DNA from: Nitrospirota bacterium
GTDB taxonomy: Bacteria; Nitrospirota; Thermodesulfovibrionia; Thermodesulfovibrionales; SM23-35
Reading direction: 5' to 3'
Length of the DNA: 64,000 nucleotides
Assembly (NCBI GenBank): GCA_040756135.1
Contig: JBFLZS010000003.1
Span: forward strand, 3,412-67,411
Notes under the pieces: generated by a model
Told to the model about the DNA's origin: nothing
The model's database searches: none
The model's input: the letters and a program-made list of their open reading frames with translations, nothing else
Shown here: in pieces, positions 8,702 to 17,733 of the stretch
How the letters are laid out: the number at the start of each line of letters is the position of its first letter
Position numbering within the stretch: the first letter of the stretch is position 1
Translations under genes and position numbers: made by a program

Positions 8702-9997
8702 ATGTCAAAAGACTACAACAAGATGTGGAGCGATCTTGATTTAAATCTTACCGCTCATGACGGTTTGTTAGGAGTACTTACAGATGCTTACAAGAATATT
8801 TATCTCTCTCAAAAAAATCGTCCTGAGGGTATGAAATATTTTGATTTTGTTATATCAGAAGTTCACGGCTTAAGAATTGAAGAAATATTAGAGGCTAAAA
8901 AAGAAAAAAGAAAGGTGATCGGAACATTTTGCGTGTATGTGCCGGAAGAACTTATTCTCGCTGTTGATGGTGTTGATATCGGTCTCTGTGCCGGTGCCGA
9001 AGTTGGTACGGATGGGGCAGAAAAATATATTCCAAGGAATACATGTGCACTCATAAAAGCTTTCATGGGGTTCAAACTCGCTGGTCTCTGCCCATATGTC
9101 CAAACGACTGATTTGATAGTAGGAGAAACGACCTGTGATGGTAAGAAGAAGGCATATGAAATTTTTGATGAAATAACACGTGGTAAAGTATATGTGATGG
9201 AGGTACCCAACAAGAAAGGCAAGGAAGGGATAACACTTTGGCGAAATGAGGTAAAACGGTTTGCTAAGAAACTGGAAGAATTATCTGGTAAAAAAATTAA
9301 TCTGGAAAAATTAAAAGAAGCCTCACAGATCGTGAAAGAAAAAAGAAGGGCATTACAAAGATTGTCTCTTTTGAGGGCTTTCGACCCATCCCCTATTTCT
9401 GGACTCGATGCCCTCCTTGTGAATCAGATCTCATTTTACGACGATCCTGTGCGTTTTACGGTAAAGCTTACTGAACTCTGTGATGAACTTGATGAAAGAG
9501 TAAAGAAAGGGATAGGTGTGACTGAGAAAGGAAGCAAGAGAATTCTCATCTCTGGTTCACCGATGGCTATTCCTAACTGGAAATTGCATACGATTATTGA
9601 AGGATGTGGCGCTTCAGTGGTTGGAGAAGAGTCATGTGTCGGTGAAAGAAATTTCATGGCTACTCTTGACGATAGTTTCTCTTCTGTTGAAGATGGAATT
9701 CAAAAGATTGCCGATAGGTATATGAATATACATTGTGCATGCTTTACTCCAAATGAAGAACGTATAAAAGACATAGGAGATATGATAAAAAGACTCAAGG
9801 CTGACGGAGTAATTCATTATGCTATTCAGTTCTGTACACCATACATGATGGAATCATATAAAGCAAAAAAAGCTGTTGAGACATTGAAGGTCCCTTTTTT
9901 GCGAATTGAAACCGATTACAGCATGGAGGATATGGGACAGTTGAAGACGCGAATTGAAGCATTTTTGGAGATCATGGAAAAAGGTGTAAAAGCTTGA
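8702..9997 (+). CDS. Double-cubane-cluster-type anaerobic reductase (2-hydroxyacyl-CoA dehydratase/HgdB-FldC family)
   Basis: GTFCVYVPEE, CALIK, CPY, ETTCDGKKK, EESC, CACF, QFC and ETDYS motifs; coupled to an activase. Confidence 0.8.
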   Translation: MSKDYNKMWSDLDLNLTAHDGLLGVLTDAYKNIYLSQKNRPEGMKYFDFVISEVHGLRIEEILEAKKEKRKVIGTFCVYVPEELILAVDGVDIGLCAGAEVGTDGAEKYIPRNTCALIKAFMGFKLAGLCPYVQTTDLIVGETTCDGKKKAYEIFDEITRGKVYVMEVPNKKGKEGITLWRNEVKRFAKKLEELSGKKINLEKLKEASQIVKEKRRALQRLSLLRAFDPSPISGLDALLVNQISFYDDPVRFTVKLTELCDELDERVKKGIGVTEKGSKRILISGSPMAIPNWKLHTIIEGCGASVVGEESCVGERNFMATLDDSFSSVEDGIQKIADRYMNIHCACFTPNEERIKDIGDMIKRLKADGVIHYAIQFCTPYMMESYKAKKAVETLKVPFLRIETDYSMEDMGQLKTRIEAFLEIMEKGVKA

Positions 9998-10740
9998 AGA
10001 TTGGTGGCATCGATATTGGTTCTCGGTACATTAAATACGTTATCTTAGAGGGTAATCATCTTATCGAATTTCAAAAGAGAGAAACAGGACATAACCCTCT
10101 ATCAGTATGTAGAAAGTTGATTGACAATTGCAAAACTGGCAAACTCGTAGCGACAGGCTATGGAAGGCACTTACTTGAAGTTCATGGTAATGTTAAAACT
10201 ATCACTGAAATTAAAGCAGTGGCAAAGGGGGCAAGGGAGGTATTCCCCCGCTGTCAAACAATTATAGACATAGGGGGACAGGACACAAAGATAATAAGTC
10301 TCCGTGAAGATGGGACTGTCACAAACTTTGAAATGAACGATCGATGTGCAGCAGGAACCGGGAGATTTCTTGAAATCATGGCAAAGGTTCTTGGGTATGA
10401 TCTGGAAAATTTCGGTGACTACTGCAACAATAAAAATGGCACTGTTAAAATAAACAGTTTGTGTACAGTATTTGCTGAATCTGAGGTTATTAGCTTAATT
10501 ACTAAAGGAGAAAAGAGAGAGGTCGTTGCTCATGCCCTCCATGAATCTATAGTTAGCAGGGTTATCGCATTAATCAAGCGGGTTGAGGTTAGAGATGACA
10601 TTGTCTTTGCAGGCGGGTGCGCCAAAAATTCCTGCCTTAAAAGGATGATCGAGGAGCGTTTACAGAAGGAAATCCATGTTCATAATAATCCATACATGCA
10701 CGCTGCCCATGGGGCAGCACTTTATGCAATGGAAATGTAG
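9994..10740 (+). CDS. HgdC-type ATP-dependent activase (DCCP-R-like), copy 1
   Basis: GIDIGS, IDIGGQD, CAAGTG and CTVFAESE; TTGA overlap with the upstream gene. Confidence 0.9.
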   Translation: MKIGGIDIGSRYIKYVILEGNHLIEFQKRETGHNPLSVCRKLIDNCKTGKLVATGYGRHLLEVHGNVKTITEIKAVAKGAREVFPRCQTIIDIGGQDTKIISLREDGTVTNFEMNDRCAAGTGRFLEIMAKVLGYDLENFGDYCNNKNGTVKINSLCTVFAESEVISLITKGEKREVVAHALHESIVSRVIALIKRVEVRDDIVFAGGCAKNSCLKRMIEERLQKEIHVHNNPYMHAAHGAALYAMEM

Positions 10741-11027
10741 CCTATCTAAACCTTAATGTTGCATAAATTTCTCAAAAAAGACGAGTAAAAATTTATGCAA
10801 CTTTCTCTAATGGCATTCTTAAAACTGTTTTATTTAACTCATCTCCTGCGACTTCCAAAAACAAGGGTCCAATAAGTTCTGAAAGTCTTACTCTTTACAT
10901 AAGCAGAGCCTACTTGAAAGTAATGAATGCAATGGAAATAAGCCGAATGGTAAATCCTCCTTAAGATAACTTCTACTCAAATATCTCTGTTTTTCTTTTT
11001 AATAAATGTGAATAATAATATCACAAG

Positions 11028-11948
11028 ATGAATAGGAATTCACGAATAGTACTAAAGAAGGGCACTTTGTGGCAGACCCTTGTGCAGACAACCGAAATCG
11101 CCCTCCGTACTGGTGCACAGCTTCCCATGCCGACCGATTATGAGTTCATCGAGGATGGAGGGATACAGTTTTTTGTGAGGATTCTTTCGAGTCTGCAGCG
11201 GAAGGATGAGGCCAAGCAGAAGCAGCAGGAGTCATCAGCATTGGGAAAGACGATCAACCCGTTTCTCCCTTACGAGAAAGCCCTTTTTGTGGCTGATATT
11301 TCAGATACACACGTTGCCCTCCTCAACAAATTCAATGTATTGGAGCATCACCTTCTCATCGTTACCCGTGATTTCGAAGACCAAGAAAACCTGCTCACCA
11401 TACAGGACTTTGAGGCGCTCTGGTCCTGTATGGGTGAATATAATGGGTTTGGATTTTACAACGGGGGAGAGGCGGCAGGAGCCAGCCAGCCGCATAAGCA
11501 CCTTCAGATGGTTCCGCTTCCCCTCGCTCCTGTAGGTCCAGAGGTTCCCATAGAGCCTTTATTCGACGATGCGAGGTTCGAAGATGGTCTCGGCATTGTC
11601 CCAGGCTTACCCTTTCTGCATGTCTTTACCAGACTTGAAGATAATATTGTGGCTTCACCCCTTGATGCTGCCAGAATGACCTTTGATCTCTATGCTGCTA
11701 TGCTTAACAGGGTGGGACTGGAATCTCCTTCTGCTGACGTTCTAAAGCAACAGTCTACACCTTATTGTTTCCTCACGACGCGGAAGTGGATGTTCCTTGT
11801 CCCGAGATCCAAGGAGTTTTTTGACTCGATTTCTATCAACTCGCTCGGTTTTGCAGGCGCCCTTTTGGTGAGAAATAGAGAGCAGATGGACCGCCTGAAA
11901 AAGTGCGGCCCCGTAGCGGCATTGAAGAGTGTTGCATTACCTGTTTAA
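11028..11948 (+). CDS. ATP adenylyltransferase / Ap4A phosphorylase II family
   Basis: NPFLPYE, LLNKFNV, FYNGG..AGASQPHKHLQ and INSLGFAG. Confidence 0.85.
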   Translation: MNRNSRIVLKKGTLWQTLVQTTEIALRTGAQLPMPTDYEFIEDGGIQFFVRILSSLQRKDEAKQKQQESSALGKTINPFLPYEKALFVADISDTHVALLNKFNVLEHHLLIVTRDFEDQENLLTIQDFEALWSCMGEYNGFGFYNGGEAAGASQPHKHLQMVPLPLAPVGPEVPIEPLFDDARFEDGLGIVPGLPFLHVFTRLEDNIVASPLDAARMTFDLYAAMLNRVGLESPSADVLKQQSTPYCFLTTRKWMFLVPRSKEFFDSISINSLGFAGALLVRNREQMDRLKKCGPVAALKSVALPV

Positions 11949-12986
11949 ACTTTTTGTCCAGAGTGCCAATTTTCTCTTGATGATTTTGTAAACCTTTTCC
12001 ACTGATAAATCATTCATGCACTTTATATTCTTACACGTCCTCTTGAAGCATGGTGCACACGAGACATCTTCCCTGATTATTGTATGTCCTTCTCTGTAAG
12101 GGCCTGTTCTCAATGGGTCAGTAGGTCCGAAGATTGCGAAGACAGGGATACCAAGTGCTGCAGCAATATGCATTGGGCCTGAGTCATTGCTTACCACAAA
12201 CTTTGCACCTCTCATTACCTCGATTAATTCCTTCAAGTCTGTCTTTCCGGCAAGAGATATCGAATTCCCATTTGATTGAGCTACAATTTTATTTGCAATA
12301 TCCGTATCTTTTTTGCTACCTACTATCACTGTACTTAAGGGCAACTTTGATGAGAGTTCCCCAAAATTCTCCGGAGGCCATCTCTTTGTCTTCCATCTTG
12401 CACCGGGTACTAAGACAGCGTAATCTTTCGAAGGATGAAGGATGAGGGATGAAGGATGAAAAATCGAAGACGTGGACTGATTATAATTATAAAAAGGGAA
12501 CGGAAAACAAATATCTGACGTGTCGCATCCTAAAAATCCAGCTATTTTTAAATATCTGTCAACTGCGTGAATGTTTTTTCCACCTTTAACCTTATGTGTA
12601 TAAAAAACCCTGCTGCCTTCACGTGCCTCTGAAAATCCAACCCTTACAGGAGCACCTGTAGCTGCTGTTATAACACCACTACGTAGAAGACCCTGCAAAT
12701 CTACTACAATGTCAAAGTGTTCATTTTTTAATTCCCAAAACAAAACCTTCAGTTCCTTAACCGTGCTCCCGACATTCTTAATGTTTTTCCATGCATCCTT
12801 ATTGATAATCCAGAATCTGTTAATCATGGGGTGTCCTTCAAGGAGTTCTTCAATGCCTTTAGCAATAACCCAGTGTATCTCAGCTTTTGAAAAACAGGTC
12901 CTTAATGCGTTGAGAAACGGCAGGCTATGCACAACATCGCCGAGGGAGCTTGGTTTGATGATAAGGATTTTTCGGGGATCTTTCAT
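11937..12986 (-). CDS. waaC: LPS heptosyltransferase I (GT9)
   Basis: IKPSSLGDVVH, DLQGLLRS and NDSGPMHIAAA; ATGA overlap at 12983-12986. Confidence 0.75.
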   Translation of the reverse strand: MKDPRKILIIKPSSLGDVVHSLPFLNALRTCFSKAEIHWVIAKGIEELLEGHPMINRFWIINKDAWKNIKNVGSTVKELKVLFWELKNEHFDIVVDLQGLLRSGVITAATGAPVRVGFSEAREGSRVFYTHKVKGGKNIHAVDRYLKIAGFLGCDTSDICFPFPFYNYNQSTSSIFHPSSLILHPSKDYAVLVPGARWKTKRWPPENFGELSSKLPLSTVIVGSKKDTDIANKIVAQSNGNSISLAGKTDLKELIEVMRGAKFVVSNDSGPMHIAAALGIPVFAIFGPTDPLRTGPYREGHTIIREDVSCAPCFKRTCKNIKCMNDLSVEKVYKIIKRKLALWTKSLNR

Positions 12987-14533
12987 GAGACCTTTTCTAA
13001 TATCCAATTGACTGCCTCTTTAATGCCTTTAGCAATAAAATCAGCGTATTCCGATTCTTTTGCCTCTCCTGTCTGTACAAGGATACCTTTTGCACCAACT
13101 GACTTTGAAAGAAGCATATCCGCATCTTTGTCTCCAATGACATATGATTTTTTAAAATCAATTCTATGTTCAGCCCTCGCTCTTAAAAGCATCTTTGGCT
13201 CAGGTTTCCTGCAAGGACAGCGCTCATCAGGGTGATGAGGGCAGTAATAAAAATCATCAAAACCGTATTGTTTTATAAATATGTTATTGACCTCTTTTAC
13301 AAACTCTTCATCAATTATGCCCCTCGCAATGCCTGACTGGTTGGTAACACCGATAAGTTTGAAGCCTCTTTCTTTAAGAAGTTTTAAAGTATTAATATCA
13401 TTAAAAATATGGAGGTCATCATATTTATTAAGATATCCTGCATCTCTGCATAATGTACCATCCCTGTCAAAAAATACAGCAGGCTTGTCCGGCAATATTT
13501 TTTTTATTCCATAATAAACATCATCAGATGTTATTGCATACATGCATCTCATATCATTATTCTTACAGGTGCGTTCAAAACAAGGGCTGCATGGGAGGTC
13601 AGGAGTCATTACCACATTGCTATTTCCATTTGCCCCAGGTGGAGGACCTGTCAATTCAGGGTCTGTGGAGCCAAATATTGCTACCAGAGGTGTCCCAACT
13701 GCATAAGCAATGTGTAACGGGCCTGAATCATTAGTAACAAAGACATCGCATTCTGAAATCAGTGAAATAAGTTCTCTGAGGGATGTCTTTCCTGCCATGC
13801 TGAGGACAGAGTCTGAATTTCGGAATTCAGGGTTCATATTTTTGTATATCTCATCTGCTTTACCGATTTCTGATATTGCTCCAAAGATCACTACGCTTCC
13901 ACCGGTATCTTTTATAAACCAATTTGCAATCTCAGCAAACCTCTCGGGAAGCCATCTTTTAGCTGAACCATATGTTGCGCCGTGATTAATTCCAAATATC
14001 GGCCTTTTCATATCCTGTAAGAATTTTCTTGCCTGCAATCTTTCATCGAGCGTGAGATATATGTAGGGATATGAGTATCCAGCGTTTATTCCTAACTGCT
14101 CAAGGAGGTTTAGATAATAATTAATTTGATGTACTTTCCCCTCATCTTTAGGCACAGGGACCGCAGATGTCAAAAGAGGGCCTCTGCCGTCTCTGTTATA
14201 TCCAGCCCTTTCCTTTATACCTGCAAGAAACGTAATCAGGGCAGCGTCAAATGCATTTTGGAACAGGATTGCACCACAGAAATTTTTTTTATTTAGCATC
14301 CCTGAGAGTTTTATCTTACCTATGATCCCTTTATGTTTATCACTATAAGTAATTAACTCGTCTATATTCGGATTATTCTCAAAAAGAGGTGATACCCAGG
14401 GTTTTACAAGAAGGGAGATTTTGGTTTCTGGCATTGACTTTCTTAATGCCCGTAATGCAGGCAGGGTCATAACGCTGTCCCCAATCCAATTAACTCCCCT
14501 GACCAGGACTTTTTTACATGATTTGTCAAACAT
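12983..14533 (-). CDS. waaF: LPS heptosyltransferase II fused to a GmhB-like HAD phosphatase
   Basis: NWIGDSVM and GATYGSAKRW; C-terminal DRDGT, TNQSG, CPH..C.CRKP and IGDK. Confidence 0.85.
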   Translation of the reverse strand: MFDKSCKKVLVRGVNWIGDSVMTLPALRALRKSMPETKISLLVKPWVSPLFENNPNIDELITYSDKHKGIIGKIKLSGMLNKKNFCGAILFQNAFDAALITFLAGIKERAGYNRDGRGPLLTSAVPVPKDEGKVHQINYYLNLLEQLGINAGYSYPYIYLTLDERLQARKFLQDMKRPIFGINHGATYGSAKRWLPERFAEIANWFIKDTGGSVVIFGAISEIGKADEIYKNMNPEFRNSDSVLSMAGKTSLRELISLISECDVFVTNDSGPLHIAYAVGTPLVAIFGSTDPELTGPPPGANGNSNVVMTPDLPCSPCFERTCKNNDMRCMYAITSDDVYYGIKKILPDKPAVFFDRDGTLCRDAGYLNKYDDLHIFNDINTLKLLKERGFKLIGVTNQSGIARGIIDEEFVKEVNNIFIKQYGFDDFYYCPHHPDERCPCRKPEPKMLLRARAEHRIDFKKSYVIGDKDADMLLSKSVGAKGILVQTGEAKESEYADFIAKGIKEAVNWILEKVS

Positions 14534-14658
14534 GTAATAGTTTAACCCATATTGCGGAGACTTCTCAAAACATCATCAATTCAATAGTTCTTGAAGGATG
14601 TAAAAAATAACAATAACACCGAATTTTGCCGATTGAAGATTAACGCATTGATTTACCT

Positions 14659-14738
14659 GTCATTGCGAGTCCCGAAGGCATTCGGGACGTGGCAATCCCA
14701 TTAGGAATGAGATTGCTTCGGCTTTACCTCGCAATGAC
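14659..14738. repeat. REP-like pair (gtcattgcgag...gcaatc / gattgc...ctcgcaatgac)
   Basis: Inverted ends gtcattgcgag and ctcgcaatgac. Confidence 0.8.
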
Positions 14739-14831
14739 ACCTTGCTATCGGCAATTCTTAGATAACAAGATAACATATTTTTCTTGACAGCAATAGAGGA
14801 AAGTTTTAAGATGTTTTCAATATAAATAAAT

Positions 14832-14950
14832 TGTAGCCGAAATCCATGTAAGATGGATGCGGGGGACCCAAATTGGGGCGTATTTCTCGGAATATCCCGG
14901 GAATAGGGTACTTCCAAGCCCGAGCCCGACAGCTAACCTCGTAGGCATTT
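14832..14950 (+). ncRNA. c-di-AMP (ydaO/yuaA) riboswitch
   Basis: gccgaaatcc...gcgggggaccca..ttggggcg...cccgagcccgacagctaacctcgtaggc matches the recalled consensus; lies upstream of a K+ transporter. Confidence 0.9.
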
Positions 14951-14976
14951 GGAAGGGCAATGGACAGGAGACTGAT

Positions 14977-15006
14977 CCCGCTAAATTGCCTGGCGGGTTT
15001 TTTATT
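14977..15006 (+). terminator. Riboswitch expression-platform terminator
   Basis: cccgcta...tggcggg followed by a T-run. Confidence 0.8.
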
Positions 15007-15035
15007 ACTCCTTCTTTGCCCTCAAAGGAGGAGTA

Positions 15036-16849
15036 ATGTCAAATAAGTACCACTCTATAAAAGAGATAATAAAATCCCTCGGTCTTGTTTTTGGAGACAT
15101 TGGAACAAGTCCCATATACACCATCACAGTCGTCTTTCTCCTCATAAAACCAACCGAAGCCAATGTAATAGGAGTTCTCTCCCTTATAGCATGGACAATG
15201 ACTATTCTTGTAACAATTGAATATGTATGGCTTGCAATGAGCCTGGGTAAAAAAGGTGAGGGAGGGACAATTGTTCTTAAAGAGATACTCGTCCCTTTGC
15301 TCAAAAAAGGCAGACAGGTATCTTTTATTACTCTTCTCTCTTTCATCGGGATATCTCTTCTCATAGGTGACGGAGTAATTACACCTGCAATCAGCATATT
15401 AAGTGCTGTTGAAGGTTCACTCCTGATTCCCGGATTCGAAAAGATGGGACAAGAGGCGTTGATAATCATTGCAGGTATTATTGCAATAATTCTGTTTTCT
15501 TTCCAAAGAAAAGGAACCGAAAGGGTTGCTTGGGCATTCGGTCCAATAATGGTAATATGGTTTCTATCGCTCTCCATTTCAGGATTGTTCTCTATATTAC
15601 ATGCCCCATTTGTTGTAAAAGCGATAAACCCATACTATGCTTTTAGATTTCTGATGGATAACGGCCTTTCAGGTTTTTTAATTCTTTCCGAGGTTTTTCT
15701 CTGTGCGACAGGTGGAGAAGCGTTATATGCTGATATGGGACATCTGGGAAGGAAACCCATAGTCAGAGCAGGTATCTTGTGTTCTTTGCTCTTCTGCTTA
15801 ATTATCTCGGGCAGGGAGCGTTTCTCATTGAGCATCCTCATGCGAAGAGTACACTCTTTGAGATGATATTTCATCAAACGTCTGTACTTTATGTTCCATT
15901 CCTTATTCTCACCATTCTCGCTACAGTCATCGCCTCTCAGGCTATGATAAGCGGGATGTTCTCAATTATCTATCAGGCAATAAATACACATATTATGCCA
16001 ATGTTTAAAATTGATTATACATCTCCTGAACTGAGGTCCCAGGTATATATAGGTTTTGTTAACTGGTTTCTTCTTATTTCCGTGTTATTTATTATGGTTG
16101 AATTTAAGGAATCCCATCGCCTTGCTGCTGCCTATGGCCTTGCGGTCACCGGAACCATGACCCTTACAGGCATAATGATGACATGGATTTTTTATTTGAA
16201 GAAAAAGAAGATGCTATCAGTCTTTTCCCTTATTGTTACATTTGTTGATATAGTATATCTCGTTGCTAACTTTTATAAAATACCCCACGGTGGTTATTGG
16301 TCTCTCATCCTTGCCTCTATCCCCCTTACGATAATAGTCCTTTATACAAGGGGACAGAAGAGACTTTACCGAATGATAGATTTTATGCCTTTAGAAGAAT
16401 TTCTACATAAGTTTTCAAGGGTACACGCAACAACTGAAAGGATTAGAGGCACAGCATTATTTTTATTAAAAGATATTAAAGAGATACCATTTTATATTGT
16501 GCAAACAATGTTTTTTCACAGCGTCATTTATGAGGACAACATCTTTGTGTCAATTATCAAGAGGAGTGATCCCTTTGCTGTTATCGGTCTCTTTAAAGAA
16601 GATATTGTAGAAGGTCTCAGGGTGTTTGAAATACAGATGGGATATATGGAAGTAATTAACATTGAAGAGGTCTTAAGGGAAGCGGGGATAGAGGAAAAGA
16701 CAATATATTATGGAATAGAGGATATAGTAACAAGGAATATTTTCTGGGAATTGTTTTCAATAATCAAAAAGGTAACACACCCTTTTGTACAATTTTATAA
16801 ATTCCCTTCCCGCAAACTCCACGGAGTTGTCACGCGAGTTGAAATGTAA
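15036..16849 (+). pseudogene. kup: KUP/HAK/KT potassium transporter, split by a 1-nt frameshift near 15770
   Basis: GDIGTSPIY, GDGVITPAIS and GGEALYADMGH in the first ORF; LNYLGQGA and AAAYG in the second; AGAGCA(T)GGTAT would restore RAWY. Confidence 0.85.
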
Positions 16850-16893
16850 GTCGTTTACTTGTCATTTGAAAATTTCATCGCTATAATTTTTTT

Positions 16894-17733
16894 ATGTATA
16901 AAAAGATTCTTGCCGCAGTGAATGAACACCTCAATTCAGAAATCTCTGCAAGGTATGCGTTAAATCTTACAAAGACCTGCGGTGCAAAGTTCTATATATG
17001 CTTTATCGCTGAGAAGGGAATGCCAAAATCCAGCTTTGATAAAGCTGAAGATGCCATTAAGAGGCTATTTATTAAGGCAGAGGAAATGGATATTCAGATA
17101 GAAAGTATAACAGAGACCGGTGACCCGGTAAGAGAAATCGAAAAGATTGTAAGACACGAAAAAATCAGCTTAGTTTTTGCGTCAACAAGGAGACAGGACG
17201 TTGAGAGAAGATTCTATGCCGGCACTATTGCACGTAGTCTGTCTTTATCGCTTCCATGCTCAGTAGCTCTGATTAGAGTCGTGCACATGGGAAGGATACA
17301 TCCAAGAGATATCCTTGTTCCGCTAAAGGCAAAGATTGATCACGTGAAGGAAAGGGCATATTTTACTGCAAAAATGGCAGAGAGTTTTGGTTCAAAGGTA
17401 TTTATCTTTCATGCTACCAAACCTATAACGAAGTTTTTTCATGGCGAGATCCAACTTACTCCCGTTGAATGGGAGAAAAGATTACCTAAGGACATCTCGT
17501 ACCTTATGGAGTACCTCAGGAAATACGGGACTGCTTATGAAGGCAGGCTTTCACCTGGTGCCGCTGCAAGAGGTATTACCATAGAGGCAAGTACAAAAAG
17601 ACATGACCTTATAATAATGGGAGCGAGTGAGAGAAGCCTTTTGAGTTCAATATTCAAAGGCAATCCTGTAGAGGCTGTTCTGAGAGAGACGCCCTGTGAC
17701 CTCATAATTTTAAAGCCAAGGCATGAAGATTAA
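16894..17733 (+). CDS. Tandem universal stress protein (USP)
   Basis: YKKILAAV, DLIIMGAS..., VLRETPCDLIIL. Confidence 0.85.
   Translation: MYKKILAAVNEHLNSEISARYALNLTKTCGAKFYICFIAEKGMPKSSFDKAEDAIKRLFIKAEEMDIQIESITETGDPVREIEKIVRHEKISLVFASTRRQDVERRFYAGTIARSLSLSLPCSVALIRVVHMGRIHPRDILVPLKAKIDHVKERAYFTAKMAESFGSKVFIFHATKPITKFFHGEIQLTPVEWEKRLPKDISYLMEYLRKYGTAYEGRLSPGAAARGITIEASTKRHDLIIMGASERSLLSSIFKGNPVEAVLRETPCDLIILKPRHED

Noticed and set aside
3854..9997. Selenocysteine (UGA) recoding in the selenium-associated locus
   Set aside because: Catalytic positions are Cys codons; the UGA-containing frames in 4615-4811 give no recognisable protein
14660..14917. 85-aa minus-strand ORF
   Set aside because: Antisense to the riboswitch and runs through a REP pair
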